A stretch of DNA of 64,000 nucleotides from Squalus acanthias (lineage: Eukaryota), in the NCBI GenBank assembly GCA_030390025.1, contig CM059432.1:102550001-102614000 (forward strand), in the 5' to 3' direction. The position numbers and the translations under genes were made by a program. Shown in pieces: positions 10,815-23,780 of the stretch. The notes under the pieces are model-generated. The model had not been told where the DNA came from and ran no database searches. It saw nothing but the letters and a program-made list of their open reading frames with translations. How positions within the stretch are numbered: position 1 is the first letter of the stretch; every line of letters starts with the position of its first letter.

Positions 10815-12795
10815 GCTTCTTAAAGGGACACACACATATTTCAGGTAAGTTTAGATTTTTGTTTCTGTACCTTTTTTACATTTTATTGGAGTAGTGGCTT
10901 GATGTAATACATTTAAAAAGTTGTTAAATTGTGCAGGGAGTGCAGGGAGTGCTGCTGGATGTTTGCAAGACTTTGGTTGTCAAAGAAAGGCCTCTGAGAA
11001 CACTACATGCTCCCAGTCCTGGGGGCTCTAGTTGCAGTCCCCTTGATCTGCAGCATCACATGGAGATGGAGCAGAGGCAGCAAAGGGACAAGCTGCTCGC
11101 AGGGGCGGAGGAAGCAGAAGAGGAGGAAGCAGAAGTGGAGGAAGCGGAAGGAAGGAGGCAACCCAGACAGCCCCTTTATGGCCAGGATATCTGGGATCGA
11201 ATCATCTGCCTGCAGTACCAGTAAACACAACCCCAATTCCCCTTTCAACATTATTCCTACACTTTACCTTCCCTCTATTATAACCTACTTCTTTGACCAA
11301 ACTTTTGGTCATCTGACCTAATTTCTCCTTATGTGGCTCGGTGTCAATTTTTTTTGGCTTAAAACACTACTGTGAAGCACCTTGGAACATTTTACAACAT
11401 TAAAGGCGCTATATAAATGCAAGTTGTTGTTGTTTTTGGTACTGACCTTCTCCACAAAGCTGAAATAAAACCCACCACAAAGCAAACTTTACAATCCAAC
11501 TTTATCCATATAAGCATCAAATATTACATCAAAAAATTAACTAATCACCCTTGCGCATTCCCTTAGTGATTGTCTTGTGTGTGCCTTTGCCTGTCCTACT
11601 GATGTTACACAGTGCTATCCCAATGGCTGCAGCATGGCTGGTGGAAGGCTGCTGACTTCCAGTGGGGGACACTGCAGATGGCCTATCAGGACGACCTCGA
11701 GGAGCTGAAGGCTGGGAGTGTCAAATCGAGTGACGATGTTTCTTTTTCTTCTTCTTCACTCTTCTCTCGCTCTTTTTGGTCAACCACTGGCTGGGCAGGC
11801 TGGGCTTCTTGGGTGTCTGAAATGAGGAAGGCACAAGGGTAGGGTTGTAATGTGGGGAAGGGATAGAGCAAGAGGTGCATGCTTACACCATGTGCAACTT
11901 GTAAATCAGAAGAGATTGTGGGATGAGGGGGAAATGGGATGTGAGAAGGAAGAGAATGTATGAGGATAGCGGCATCTTGTATTGTTTCAACCCCGTTGGC
12001 CAAGGGCTCAGCCATGCCTCCCTCAAGAATGGCCAGCACCGTCTCCTCCAAGGGGGTGAAGTGAAGCTCAGAATGTGAGGTGTGCCTCGTGCTTGGTAGA
12101 GATTGTTGGCAGGTGAGTGATGGGGGTGGGGTGGGTCGTGCATTGAGCAGTGTGTGAGGCTCGTGGTGCAGTTGGTAGGAGACAGCTTTTGAAGATGCAT
12201 TCACTGACCTTGACCACTCGTCTGAGGTCATGAAACTTTTTTAGGCACTGGAGCCAGGTCCTGGGGATGACACTGCTGGCAGGGACTGCCTTGGCGATCT
12301 GGTCGCACATCCTTCTTTCTGGAGGGCCTCCTGGCCCCCTGTGGATAGAGGGCCTCTCTTCCAGTGTTGACCCACTGCACAAAGCTGGAGTGCTGTGTGT
12401 GAGACCATGGATGCCCTTTCCCTGGCCTGTTGAGACATTTGTATTAGTGCTGAAACACTTTTAGCATGTTTTATGTGGAGAAGGCAGTTCAGCTTTAAGA
12501 GCTGCACACTGCCTAGTTCTGAAGGATTTTTTTTTTGCAGAAAGCAGCTCAGCTTTCAGAGCTAGAGACTGCCTTGAAAGGGAGCAGGCTAGCCTTAAGT
12601 AAAGCCAGCCTCGCTGCAGCGATGTGAACTTGGGCCCCCTGCTGATTGCACAGCTTGTCAGCAGCGTGTTAGTCACTCGGCTGTGCACTACAATCATCTA
12701 AATTAGCAGTTAGCACCAAGTTGACATGCTGCCTGCACTTTCTGAATGGATCGTGGTGCCCGCGCCCGTTTTCGGGCCTTATTGACTTTCACCCC
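10815..12795 (-). mobile_element. Non-autonomous Harbinger derivative with a decayed, intron-containing Myb/SANT gene
   Basis: IAKAVPASSVIPRTWLQCLKKFHDLRRVVK|GT on the minus strand. Colinear with 62230-64000. Right end ...GACTTTCACCCC abuts CR1. Confidence 0.75.
11275..11434 (+). mobile_element. L2-type LINE/SINE 3' end
   Basis: ...TGTGAAGCACCTTGG...AAAGGCGCTATATAAATGCAAGTTGTTGTTGT. Absent from the sister element near 62730. Confidence 0.6.
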
Positions 12796-13515
12796 ATTTG
12801 TGTCCTCCTCACAGCTTACTTCCCCACCTAGCTTTGTATCATCAGCAACCTTGGATACATTACACTCAGTCCCTTCATCTAAGTCATTAATATAGATAGT
12901 AAATAGCTGAGGCCCCAACACTAATCCTTGCGGCACCCAACTAGTAACAGCCTGGCAACCTGAAAATGATCGGTTTATTCCTACGCTGTTTTCTGTCCAT
13001 TAACCAATCCTCTATCCACACTAATATATTACCTCCAACCCCATGAGCACTTATCTTGTGTAACAACCTTTCATGTGCCACCTTATTAAATGCCTTTTGA
13101 AAATCCAAATATACTACATTCACTGGTTTCCCCCTTATCTACCCTGCTAGTTACATCCTCAAAAATCTCTATGAAATTTGTCAAACACAATTTCCCTTTC
13201 ATAAAATCACGTTGACTCTGCCTAATCATATTATGATTTTCTAAGTTCCCTGTTACCACTTCCTGAATAATGGATTCCAGCATTTTCTCAATGACTGATG
13301 TCAGGCAAACTGGCCTGTAATTCCCTGTTTTCTCTCTCCCTACTTACTTAAATAGCGGGGTTACATTTGCTACCTTCCAATCCACTGGGACTGTTCCAGA
13401 ATCTAGGGAATTTTAGAAGATCACAACCAATGCATCCACTATCTCTGCAGCCACCTCTTATAGGACCCTAGTATTGTAGGCCATCAGGTGTAGAGGATTT
13501 GTTCACTTTTAGCCA
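12796..13515 (-). mobile_element. CR1 RT internal fragment
   Basis: [39 protein letters not shown]. Confidence 0.9.
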
Positions 13516-13666
13516 AAGCATTTGTATTTAAGATTTTTTATTATTTCTTTTGTTCTCTTTCATTCATATAGAAACATAGAAACATAGAAAATAGGTGCAG
13601 GAGTAGACCATTCGGTCCTTCGAGCCTGCACCGCCATTTAATGCGTTCATGGCTGAACATGCTACC

Positions 13667-16480
13667 TCAGTACCCCATTCCTGCTTTCTCACCATACCCC
13701 TTGATCCCCCTGGTTGTGAGTATTATATCTAACTCCCTTTTGAATATATTTAGCGAACTGGCCTCAACAACCTTCTGTGGTAGAGAATTCCACAGATTCA
13801 CCACTCTCTGGGTGAAGAAGTTCCTCCTCATCTCAGTCTTAAATGGCTTCCCCTTTATCCTTAGACTGTGACCCCTGGTTTTAGTTTTCCCTAACATTGG
13901 AAACATTCTGCCCGCATCTAATTTGTCTAAACCAGTCAGGATTTTAAACGTCTCTATAAGATCCCCCCTCATTCTTCTGAACTCCAGAGGATACAAGTTC
14001 AGTTGATCCAGTCTTTCTTGATATGTCAGTCTGGCCATCCCAGGAATCAATCTAGTGAACCTTCATTGCACTCCCTCAATAGCAAGAATGTCCTTCCTCA
14101 AGTTAGGAGACCAAAACTGCACACAATACTCCAGGTGTGGCCTCACCAAGGCCCTGTACAACTGTAGCATCACCTCCCTACTCCTGTACTCAAATCCCCT
14201 TGCTATGAAGGCCATCATGCCATTTGCTTTCTTGACTGCCTGCTGCACTTGCCTTCCCACCTTCAGTGACTGATGTACCATGACGCCCAGGTCTCGTTGC
14301 ACCTCCCCTTTCCCTAATCTGTCACCATTCAGGTAATAGTCTGCCTCCCTATTTTTACCACCAAAGTGGATAACCTCACATTTATCCACATTGTACTTCA
14401 TCTGCCATACATTTGCCCATTCACCCAACCTGTCCAAGTCACTCTGTAGCCTCCTAGCATCCTCCTCATTGTTCACACTGCCTCCCAATTTAGTGTCATC
14501 CGCAAATTTGGAGATATTACAATTAATCCCTTCGTCCAAATCATTAATATATAATGTAAACAGCTGGGGCCCCAGCACCGAACCCTGCGGTACCCCGCTG
14601 GTCACTGCCTGCCATTCTGAAAAGTACCCATTTACTCCTACTCTTTGTTTCCTGTGTGCCAACCAGTTCTCAATCCACGTCAACACATTACCCCCAATCC
14701 CATGTGCTTTAACTTTGCACACCAATCTCTTGTGTGGGACCTTGTCGAAGGCCTTCTGAAAGTCCAAATACACCACATCTACTGGTTCCCCCCCGTCCAC
14801 CCTATTGGAATCATCCTCAAAAAATTCCAGAAGATTTGTCAAGCATGATTTCCCTTTCACAAATCCATGATGACTTGGACCTATCATGTTGCCACTTTCC
14901 AAATGGTCTGTTATGATATCTTTAATAATTGATTCCATCATTTTACCCACCACCGATGTCAGGCTATAATTCCCTGCTTTCTCCCTCCCTCCTTTTTTAA
15001 AAAGAGGGGTTACATTAGCCACCCTCCACTCCTTCGGAACTGATCCAGAGTCTAAGGAATGTTGGAAAATGATCGTCAATGCATCCACTATTTCCAAGGC
15101 CACCTCCTTAAGTACTCTGGGATGCAGACCATCAGGCCCTGGGGATTTATCAGCCTTCAGTCCCATCAATTTCCCCAACACCTTTTCCCGACTGATAAGG
15201 ATTTCCCTCAGCTCCTCCCTCTTACCAGATCCTTTGATCTCTTTTATTTCCGGAAGGTTGTTTGTGTCCTCTACAGTAAACACCGAACCAAAGTACTTGT
15301 TCAATTGATCTGACATTTCTTTGTTCCCCATTATGACTTCCCCTGTTTCTGACTGCAGCGGACCTACGTTTGTTTTTACTAACCTCTTTCTTTTTACATA
15401 TTTATAGAAGCTTTTGCAGTCCGTTTTAATGTTCTCCGCAAGCTTCCTTTCATATTTTATTTTCCCTGCCCTAATCAAACCCTTCGTCCTCCTCTGCTGA
15501 GTTTTAAAGTTCTCCCAGTCCCCGGGTTTGCTGCTACTTCTGGCCAATTTGTATGCCACTTCCTTGCTTTTAATACTATCCCTGATTTCCCTTGTTAGCC
15601 ATGGTTGAGCCACCTTCCCTTTTTTATTTTTACGCCAGACAGGGATGTACAATTGCTGTAGTTCATCCATGCGATCTCTAAATGTCCGCCATTGCCCTTC
15701 CACTGATAACCCCTTAAATATCGCTTGCCAATCTAACCTCGCCAATTCACGCCTCATACCCTCAAAGTTGCCCTTATTTAAGTTCTGGACCATGGTCTCT
15801 GAATTAACTGTTTCCTTCTCCATCCTAATGTAGAACTCCACCATACTATGGTCACTCTTCCCCAAGGGGCCTCGCACCACAAGATTGCTCATTAGTCCTT
15901 CCTCATTACACAACACCCAGTCCAGGATGGCCTCCCCTCTGGTTGGTTCCTCAACATATTGGTTTAGGAAACCATCCCTTAAACACTCCAGGAAATCCTC
16001 CTCCACTGTATTGCTTCCAGTTTGAGTAGCCCAATCTATATGCATATTAAAGTCACCCATGATAACTGCTGCGCCTTTTTTGCATGCACCTCTGATTTCC
16101 TGTTCCATACCCTCCCCCACCTCACTGCTACTGTTTGGAGGTCTGTACACAACCCCCACTAACGTTTTCTGCCCTTTGGTGTTCTGCAGCTCAACCCATA
16201 TTGATTCCACATCCTCCAAGCTAATGTCATTCCTAGCTATTGCATTAATCTCCTTTTTAACCAGCAATGCTACCCCACCACCTTTTCCTTTTGTTCTATC
16301 CTTCCTGAATGTTGAATACCCCTGGATATTCAGTTCCCAGCCTTGTTTGTTCTGGAGCCACGTCTCTGTAATCCCAATCACATCATATCCGTTAACATCA
16401 ATTTGCACAGTCAATTCATCCACCTTATTACGGATACTCCTTGCATTAAGACACAGAGCCTTTAGGCTTGTTTTATTAAC
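13667..16480 (-). pseudogene. CR1 ORF2 (APE endonuclease + reverse transcriptase) with one premature stop
   Basis: ORFs 14063-16423 and 13667-14050 are in the same frame, separated only by TGA at 14063-14065 (CGA expected). Motifs [24 protein letters not shown]. Start is approximate. Confidence 0.93.
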
Positions 16481-16649
16481 ACCTTTTGTCCTTTTAGACT
16501 AATGATTTAGTATGGCCCTTTGTGTTTCTTGCCTTTGTTTACTCGGATTTCCCTTATTGTTTCTCACCCTTCTAACATTTGTTTCTGACTGCATATTACT
16601 TCCCCCTGCTTCGCTACATAGGTTCCCATTCCCCTGCCATATTAGTTTA

Positions 16650-17234
16650 AATCCTCCCGAACTGCCTTAGCAAATATTACCCCGAGGACATCGGTTCCAG
16701 TCCTGCCCAAGTGCAGACCGTCCCTTTTGTACAGGTCCCACTTCCCCCAGAACTGGTTCCAATGCCTCAGGTATTTGAATCCCTCCCTCCTGCACCACTG
16801 CTCAAGTCACGTATTTAATCTCGCTATCCTGTTCATGCTACTCTGATTAGCACGTGGCACTGGTAGCAACCCAGAGATTACTACCTTTGAGGTCCTACTT
16901 TTCAATTTAGCTCCTGGCTCCCTAAATTCTGCTTGTAGGACCTCTTCCTGCTTTTTACCTATATCGTTGGTACCTACATGCACCACGACAGCTGGCTCTT
17001 CACCCTCCCTTTCCAGAATGTTCTGCAGCCGCTCCGAGACATCCTTGACCCTTGCACCAGGGAGGCAACATACCATCCTGGAATCTCGGTTGCGGCCACA
17101 GAAACTCCTGTCTATTCCCCTTACAATTGAGTCCCCTATCACTAGAGCTCTACCACTCTTTTTCCCGCCCTGCTGTGCAGCAGAGCCAGCCATGGTGCCA
17201 TGAACCTGGCTGCTGGTGCCTTCCCATGAAATTC
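16650..17234 (-). pseudogene. CR1 ORF1 SGNH/GDSL esterase domain fragment
   Basis: VIGDSIVR...CLPGA...VVHVGTND motifs. Confidence 0.85.
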
Positions 17235-17699
17235 CATTCATATTATCAGTCAGTAAACATAGAGAGAATTAATTAATGATAATTGTGCATTTTGAACAGG
17301 GAACAGCTCAGTTAAATTGCAAATTAATCAATTTTGAGGCTTTGTAAAGAAAATAGTACTGATTTTAGATTAAAAAATCTTTCTTTAAAATCGAAACAGA
17401 GCATAATTTCTAGGAAAGTAAATGAGCTTGATTACAGATTTTAAGACGGCAAATACTTGATTATTGTTCAGATCGTCTTTAATGGAGCAGTACTCAGATA
17501 TCAAAGGAGAACAAAGTAATCTTGAGCATTTGGTTTACCATTCTCAAGCAAAGATTCCTATTAAATTAATTCCTTTGAGAAAATCATTGTGTAATTAAAG
17601 TGATGCAGTAGGTTTATGTAAGAAGGTTTTGAATAAACAATTTAAGCTGCTAATGGAAATGCATACAGTCATCGGAGGATATTAATACACCAGACTCTC

Positions 17700-17990
17700 T
17701 TGCTCTGGATAGCTCTGTGTAGATAGGGTATAGATCCTTTAATTTGTGATGTTTATTCAACCACATCCCTACTGAATTGCAAAATCTTTGCTAAAGTTTT
17801 AGAAACAAGACTTTTGCTGAAAACCATTAAGAAGGACTACATTGAATTCCTTATAGGAAATCTGGCTTCTGATTGTTTCTACAGATTCATTAGGTTTTCT
17901 CCAAATATTTAGATTATTTAGCTGGCTGTCTGAATGCTGAAAAATTGGAGATTGGAAACATTTGAAGCAGCCTCTGAGTTTGATTTGAAA
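17700..17990 (+). mobile_element. Highly decayed L1/Tx1-like RT remnant
   Basis: SLLNCKIFAKVLETRL-like and NAEK-like traces in AT-rich sequence. Confidence 0.35.
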
Positions 17991-18197
17991 GCAATTTTAT
18001 TAACTATTGTAGCCCTCACCCAGGATTTCCATTAAAAACAAAAGATAATCATTTGAATGAACACATAATCCATTTGTTGTATATATTAGATGGCATAACA
18101 TTGTATAGCCAGAGGTAACTGCAAGAAGGACAATAGTGAGACAAGCTGAGGTCATTTGCAGTTTAGTAAGATACGTTTTGTTCAAATGTAATATAAT

Positions 18198-18922
18198 GGC
18201 CCAGATTTTGCAGGGCTGATGATGGCGTACGCACAGTGTAGGCTGTTGTAAGCCCTCAGAATAGCCCCGCAAGTTCCGGGTGTCCGCATGTGCTGCACAT
18301 GCGTGAAAACCCAAAACTTGCGACCTGTCAAGGTTGGCCTTGACAAATCGTCTGCAGGCGTCCCAAAAACACTTTTGCTGGTGCACAGTTGGGCTCTTTG
18401 CCCAACTACTGCCCAGCAAATGCCACAAAACTCTTAGGGCCTACTTTTACCAGCGTAAGGGTTAAAATAAATGTTAAATTAAAATTTAAAAAATGATTAA
18501 AGCATGCAAAAACATTTAAAATTAGTTTATGTAAATTTTGGCCCGGATTAAAATGTTTAAAATTATAGTTCAAAAAAATTAATTTTTATTTTAAATGCTT
18601 AATTAAAGGGTCTTTTAATTAATTTTAAACATAAGAATATTTATTTTTATTAGAGTTGTGTTAATTATTTATTTATTTGGGGATTTCTCATAAGACAAAT
18701 TTGTTTTGGCTTATCTGAATGAAATCACCATAAGCTTATGAGGAATCTCCCTTCCTAATTGGATGACCTGGCCCACGTGATCCCAGGGACGCTTCCGAAC
18801 CGCCTGCGTCCCTGGGATCCATGGGCCTTTACGCAGGCGTACCCGAAGACTCCGAAGCTTGGGAGCCAGCAGGTACTCTCGTATTTTTGGGGGTCCGACG
18901 TGTACTCTGGAAATTTCGGACC
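18198..18922. mobile_element. Harbinger-type MITE with AT-rich core
   Basis: Termini GGCCCAGATTTTGC / GGAAATTTCGGACC. Internal blocks are shared with 57407-58148 and 45554-46316. Confidence 0.75.
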
Positions 18923-21284
18923 AAAACATTTCATACTGTTTTTATTTACAGAAACCCGATCTAACTTATTCTTAAATGTTGACATGGTCGCTGCTTCAAT
19001 CACTATCTCTGGAAGTGCATTCCACAGCTTCTGTAAAACAGTTTCACCTGCTCTCTATCCTAAACCTCTTACTTGAATCTTGCATCTTTGTCCCCATGTT
19101 CGAGACTCCTCAATCACTAGATACTGTCTGTCTGTTTCTATCCACTCTGTCCCATCCCGTCATAATTTTAAACATCCATATCAAATGAGCCCTTAATGTC
19201 TTTCTGTTCTAGTTAGGCTGGTGAATTCTGCTCTTGAAGGAGGGAGTCATTCTGGCTAAAAGCAAACACTGAAGTCAGGCTTTCTTTGAAGACGGAAAGT
19301 CTGCTCGGGTAATTAGGCTTTGTTAAAGGGGAAGTTGTGAGGACCTTCATTGAGGAGACGAGGTTAGAAATACTGATGGATACATTAGTTAGAAGACACC
19401 TCAACACCAGTGATGTGGGGAAGTGTGGCATGTTCTTTGTTTTGTGTTATTACTGGTTGAACTAAGTGGATCTGATCAAAATTGTTGCTCTGTATGTTCA
19501 CTCACTATGAAATAAAGCAACTTAATCATTTGCATAAAGTGTTCACTTGGTCCACCTTCAAAGAGATTGAAGAAATACACATGCAAAAGACACTAATATC
19601 CATTTCAGGTCACAATGGGTATTGTTGTTATACTCCAGGTTATACTATCGTACAAGTAGATGTAGGGCAATGTCAGTCAACTCCTGTAAAAAAGATACTC
19701 GGACGACTGATTACAGAACCCGAGAAGGTATCTATGGCAGAATCAAATTTTTAACAATGGGCAAGGCTCCCTGCCAGTAATGCAAGCTCAAAAAATTATC
19801 CTCAAAGAGTTAACAGCAAACACTGCCAGGTAAGATATATTAAGATCCCAAATACAGTCCCCTCTAATCTGCACTGATAGTGTTTGTTAATCCCAACTGC
19901 AGAAGTATACTCCTTAGTAATGGTTTCATTTCCCACACCAGCCATCCTTGTGAAAATTCTGTGTGAATTTGCAAATTTTGTGCCAATTAGTGCTTAATTG
20001 TCTGCAGCTTTGTACAATAGCCCGTACAAACTAGGAGCTGATTAAAGATTGTCAAAATGCATTTTATTTGGGACACTTTAGTTATCAGAAGAAAGAGTCT
20101 GCATATCATCACTCTGTCCTTGAAGGCGACTGGGCAGTGCTACAGCTCAACTACACTAGCCAATCTCTCATTCATTGTAATTAATGGTTTTGGACTATAT
20201 TGCATCTAAAAGCAAGATTAATGTTCTCTCTGCAAAGCAGGGCCAGAGTATCCCATCAATGTGGGCATATAGGTCCTTATAGAACACAGATGTTGTTCAT
20301 TGATAAGTAGGCTAAGCTTACAACACTTCACTCAGCTTTTGTTCTCCACTTATTTCCCTGAAATAATTTTGTGTTGAAGTTTTATAACTTACCTGTTGCA
20401 CTTAATTTGAATACTGTGCCTTTGGCCATATTAAATTCAAAGATGAGAGTAACCCTGTTTGGATTTGTTTTCAAGTGTGCATTGAAAGAAATGAACATTC
20501 AAGGTGTCCATGTCTCTTGGGGATTGATTTTGATAATTTTCTTTGAGATTTTAGATGCCAGCCACATGCTTTTTGAACAGATGCTTCTCAACAAGTTAAA
20601 TAATGTGTTTTCCACAAGCTGCAGTCACATTTTTGTTAGAAAGTAAATTTTGTTACTTGGAATATCATCAAATAGCATTTTTGTGTTCCTGTACCTGGAC
20701 TCAAAGGAGCCATTTTTCACCTATGGTTGAGCCAAGTATTTTTTGCCTCTACTGCAAAATATTTCTGAATATTTCTTTTAAAATTCTTGCAATAATTTTT
20801 GTGAAGAAAATTAAAATAGCCTCCAGAGCCCAGTAAAATATTAATATTATTAGCCATTGAACATGACAGAATTGCATAAATTATAACATTTGAAAAAAAA
20901 ATGTCAAAGTCAACATATTTGTCAATGGAATAAATAACTAAACAGCCATGTTTCTTTTAAGTAGTTCCTCCAAATCCCTGAGTTGAATATGAATGGCATT
21001 TTGGTCATGCACTGCAAGCTTATTATCACTGTTGTATTTTTTGTGTGCTGCATAGGATGGCAAAACAGAAACTTTCAGACAAATGTTTTAAACACATTGG
21101 CCCGGATTTTGTTCTAAGCGGTGAAGGAATGGCACTCGCTGTTCACCAAGATGACAGGTGCCCGCATACTTGTTAGCAGAGATTTCCTCTAATCTGGCAT
21201 CTTTTCCAGCGCGGCGCCCTCTACAGGGGATCTGTGTCGTGTGTGAACAGGTTAAGCAACAGCAACGTTTTTCAACCAATCAAG

Positions 21285-23780
21285 TTGAAGAACCCTCACT
21301 GAGCCACGCAGGAGAAGGAGCTGTACCAATGGGACGTGCTGCACCTGAACCATAATGGGACCAGTGTCCTAGCGGAAAGGGTAAATAGGGAGGTGGCAAA
21401 GGCTTTAAACTAGTAAGAAGGGGGGAGGGAGCGACAAGAAATGAAACAAGTCTAAATATAAATGAAACTGGAAAGGAGAGAATAGGACAGACTAACCTAA
21501 GGGAGGACATTGATAGCCAGGGAATAAATTGAGTTATAGAACAGGAATGTAAAAAGATGGTTAAAAATAAAGTGAGAAGAACTGCTACATAAAAAGGAGT
21601 TAAACTGACTGTACAGCAATGCACACAGTGTCCATAATAAAACAGTGGAACTGGAGGCAATAATATGTTGCGAGGAATCAGATATAGTAGCGATTACTGA
21701 GACATGGCTACAGAAAAATCAGGACTGACATTGCAGGGTATAACATATTTAGAAAAGTTAGAGAGCGAAAAAGGGGAGGTGGAGTAGCTGGTATTTATTA
21801 GAGATAACATAATGGCAGTAGAAAAAAGTGACACAGCCATCAGTAAGACAGAAATAAAATCCATATGGATAGAGAGAAAAGATAAGAAAGGATCAATCAC
21901 ACTAATAGGGTAACTCCAAAGATCTCCTAATAGTGGAAGGGAGGTGGAGGAAGCAATATGCAAAAAATTAGGGAAATTAGTAAAAAACATTGAAGAATAA
22001 ACATGGGGGATTTCAACTACCCCAAAATTAATTGGCCAGAAGAGGTAGGTAAAGGGGATAAGGGAATGGAATTCCTACAATGTGTACAGGATTCCTTTCT
22101 AACCCAGTATGTAAGAAGCCCAACAAGGGAAGACTTGCTACTGGATCTGGTAATGGGGAACCAACCAAAGCAGATGAATGAAGTAAAAGTAGGGGAACAT
22201 CTAGGCAATCGTGACCATAATATAATACGCTTTTAGATAATAATTGAGAAGGACATAAGTATGACAAAGACCAGAGTAATAGATTCGAGAAAAGCTGATT
22301 TTGAGGGGCTGAGAATAGAACTTGGGAAAATAAAATGGACAACAATATTGGCAAACAATGATGTAGAACAGCAATGGGAAACATTTAAAACAGTTGTACG
22401 AAAGACTGGTATTTAGAGACCATATAGTAGATGGGAATCATATATGTATAAATTCAAGTGCAGCCATTGACCAATTAATCTTACCCACAATTCCCAGTGA
22501 ACATGGAAATATTGAGGCTTGTTCAAAATGCAGCCGCGAGGACAGTTTTGACTAAGCTCGGGTAGCAAACAGCCACAGGCTGCCAGTGAAGGTCAAAGTT
22601 TTAAATAACGTATTATAATGCTAAGTAGGAATTAGAGTTCGCTTAACAAAACTAACTGCAAAGATATTTAAAAGATAATTAGTATAAGGACATAAAATGA
22701 GAGCGATCATGGGAGTTAAGGTATCCGTCTAGTAGATTAAAGTGAGATAGTCTTGATACCTTAAGACTAGTGAGACAGCGCTGACATGGGCCCCTTGGTA
22801 CAGAAAGGTTTTGTACTGTTTGTACCAGGAAAGCTAGAAATGAGAGATACGGTAAATTCCAATGAGGTGTAGAACTATAAACAAGATAACACTGAACATG
22901 GTAAAGTTGTCGGAAAAATACTAGAAAAGCGGGATGCTACCCTTAGTCTGAGTGACAATGGTATTTTGACCATTAGAAGCAATTAAAGAAGGTGATTTTG
23001 TTAAAGACCATATATGGACACTGGCCAAACGAACTTTTGATAAGAAAAGGGTTAAAACCTCGATACTCAAAGAACAACTTTACATAGACGTACTGAGAGA
23101 ACAAAGGAACAGACTGAAGACGACGTCATCTGTGTCCGAGAGGTTCCAGAGACCAAGGGCTGCGAGCTACTCGTTAAACTATCGCCTGTTGTTAAGTGTA
23201 TTATATTGTAAGCTTAATAAATCTTGATCTATTGCTCAAACATATTGGCTGCTGTCTATTGGTGTCTTGTCCAAGAACTCTGAGAAATCATTAAGATCTT
23301 ACACAGTTTTCAACAGTGTCCAGAAAAAATATATTCCGCTGAAAAAACAGAAAAGAACTAAACACTAATGAGACACTATGGATGAATAAAGAAATAAGGG
23401 AAAATTTGAGGGTAAGGAAAGAGACATACGCATGGACAGCAGAGGAGAGCATGATGAGGGAGAATACGATGAGATTAGGAGAGAAGTCAAAAAAACAATT
23501 AGGAAGGAAAAGAGGAACTATGAAATTAAATTATCAAGGAACGTAAAACAAAATAGTAAAATATTCTCAGGCACATAAATAAAAAAAGGAAAGTCGGGAT
23601 GGGAATAGGGCCACTAAGTCAAAATCACAGGCAGCAATCGCGACATGGCAGAAATATTAAATAATTACTTTGCTTCAGTATTTAACAAGGAGACAAATCA
23701 GGTGGACAATGAGATTAGAAATGATATAACCGCATTTAAAATAAAGAGGAGAAATATTAAATAAACTAATCAAACTCAAA
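21285..23780 (+). mobile_element. Decayed CR1 (ORF1 end and ORF2 endonuclease/linker) interrupted by a solo LTR
   Basis: LHLNHNGTSVLAERV; AITETWL; MGDFNYPKINW; DHNII; LNNYFASVF. Confidence 0.85.
22395..23303 (+). mobile_element. Solo LTR, family B (909 bp)
   Basis: TGTA...TACA termini, 4-bp TSD CAGT (22391-22394, 23304-23307), AATAAA near 23216. CR1 sequence resumes on both sides. Confidence 0.88.

Larger units (their letters stand above)
13570..17234 (-). mobile_element. Near full-length CR1 LINE (5'-truncated in ORF1)
   Basis: ORF1 esterase fragment, APE-RT ORF2 and (TTTCTATG)n-type tail. Candidate 9-bp TSD CATTCATAT at 13561-13569 and 17235-17243. Confidence 0.95.
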
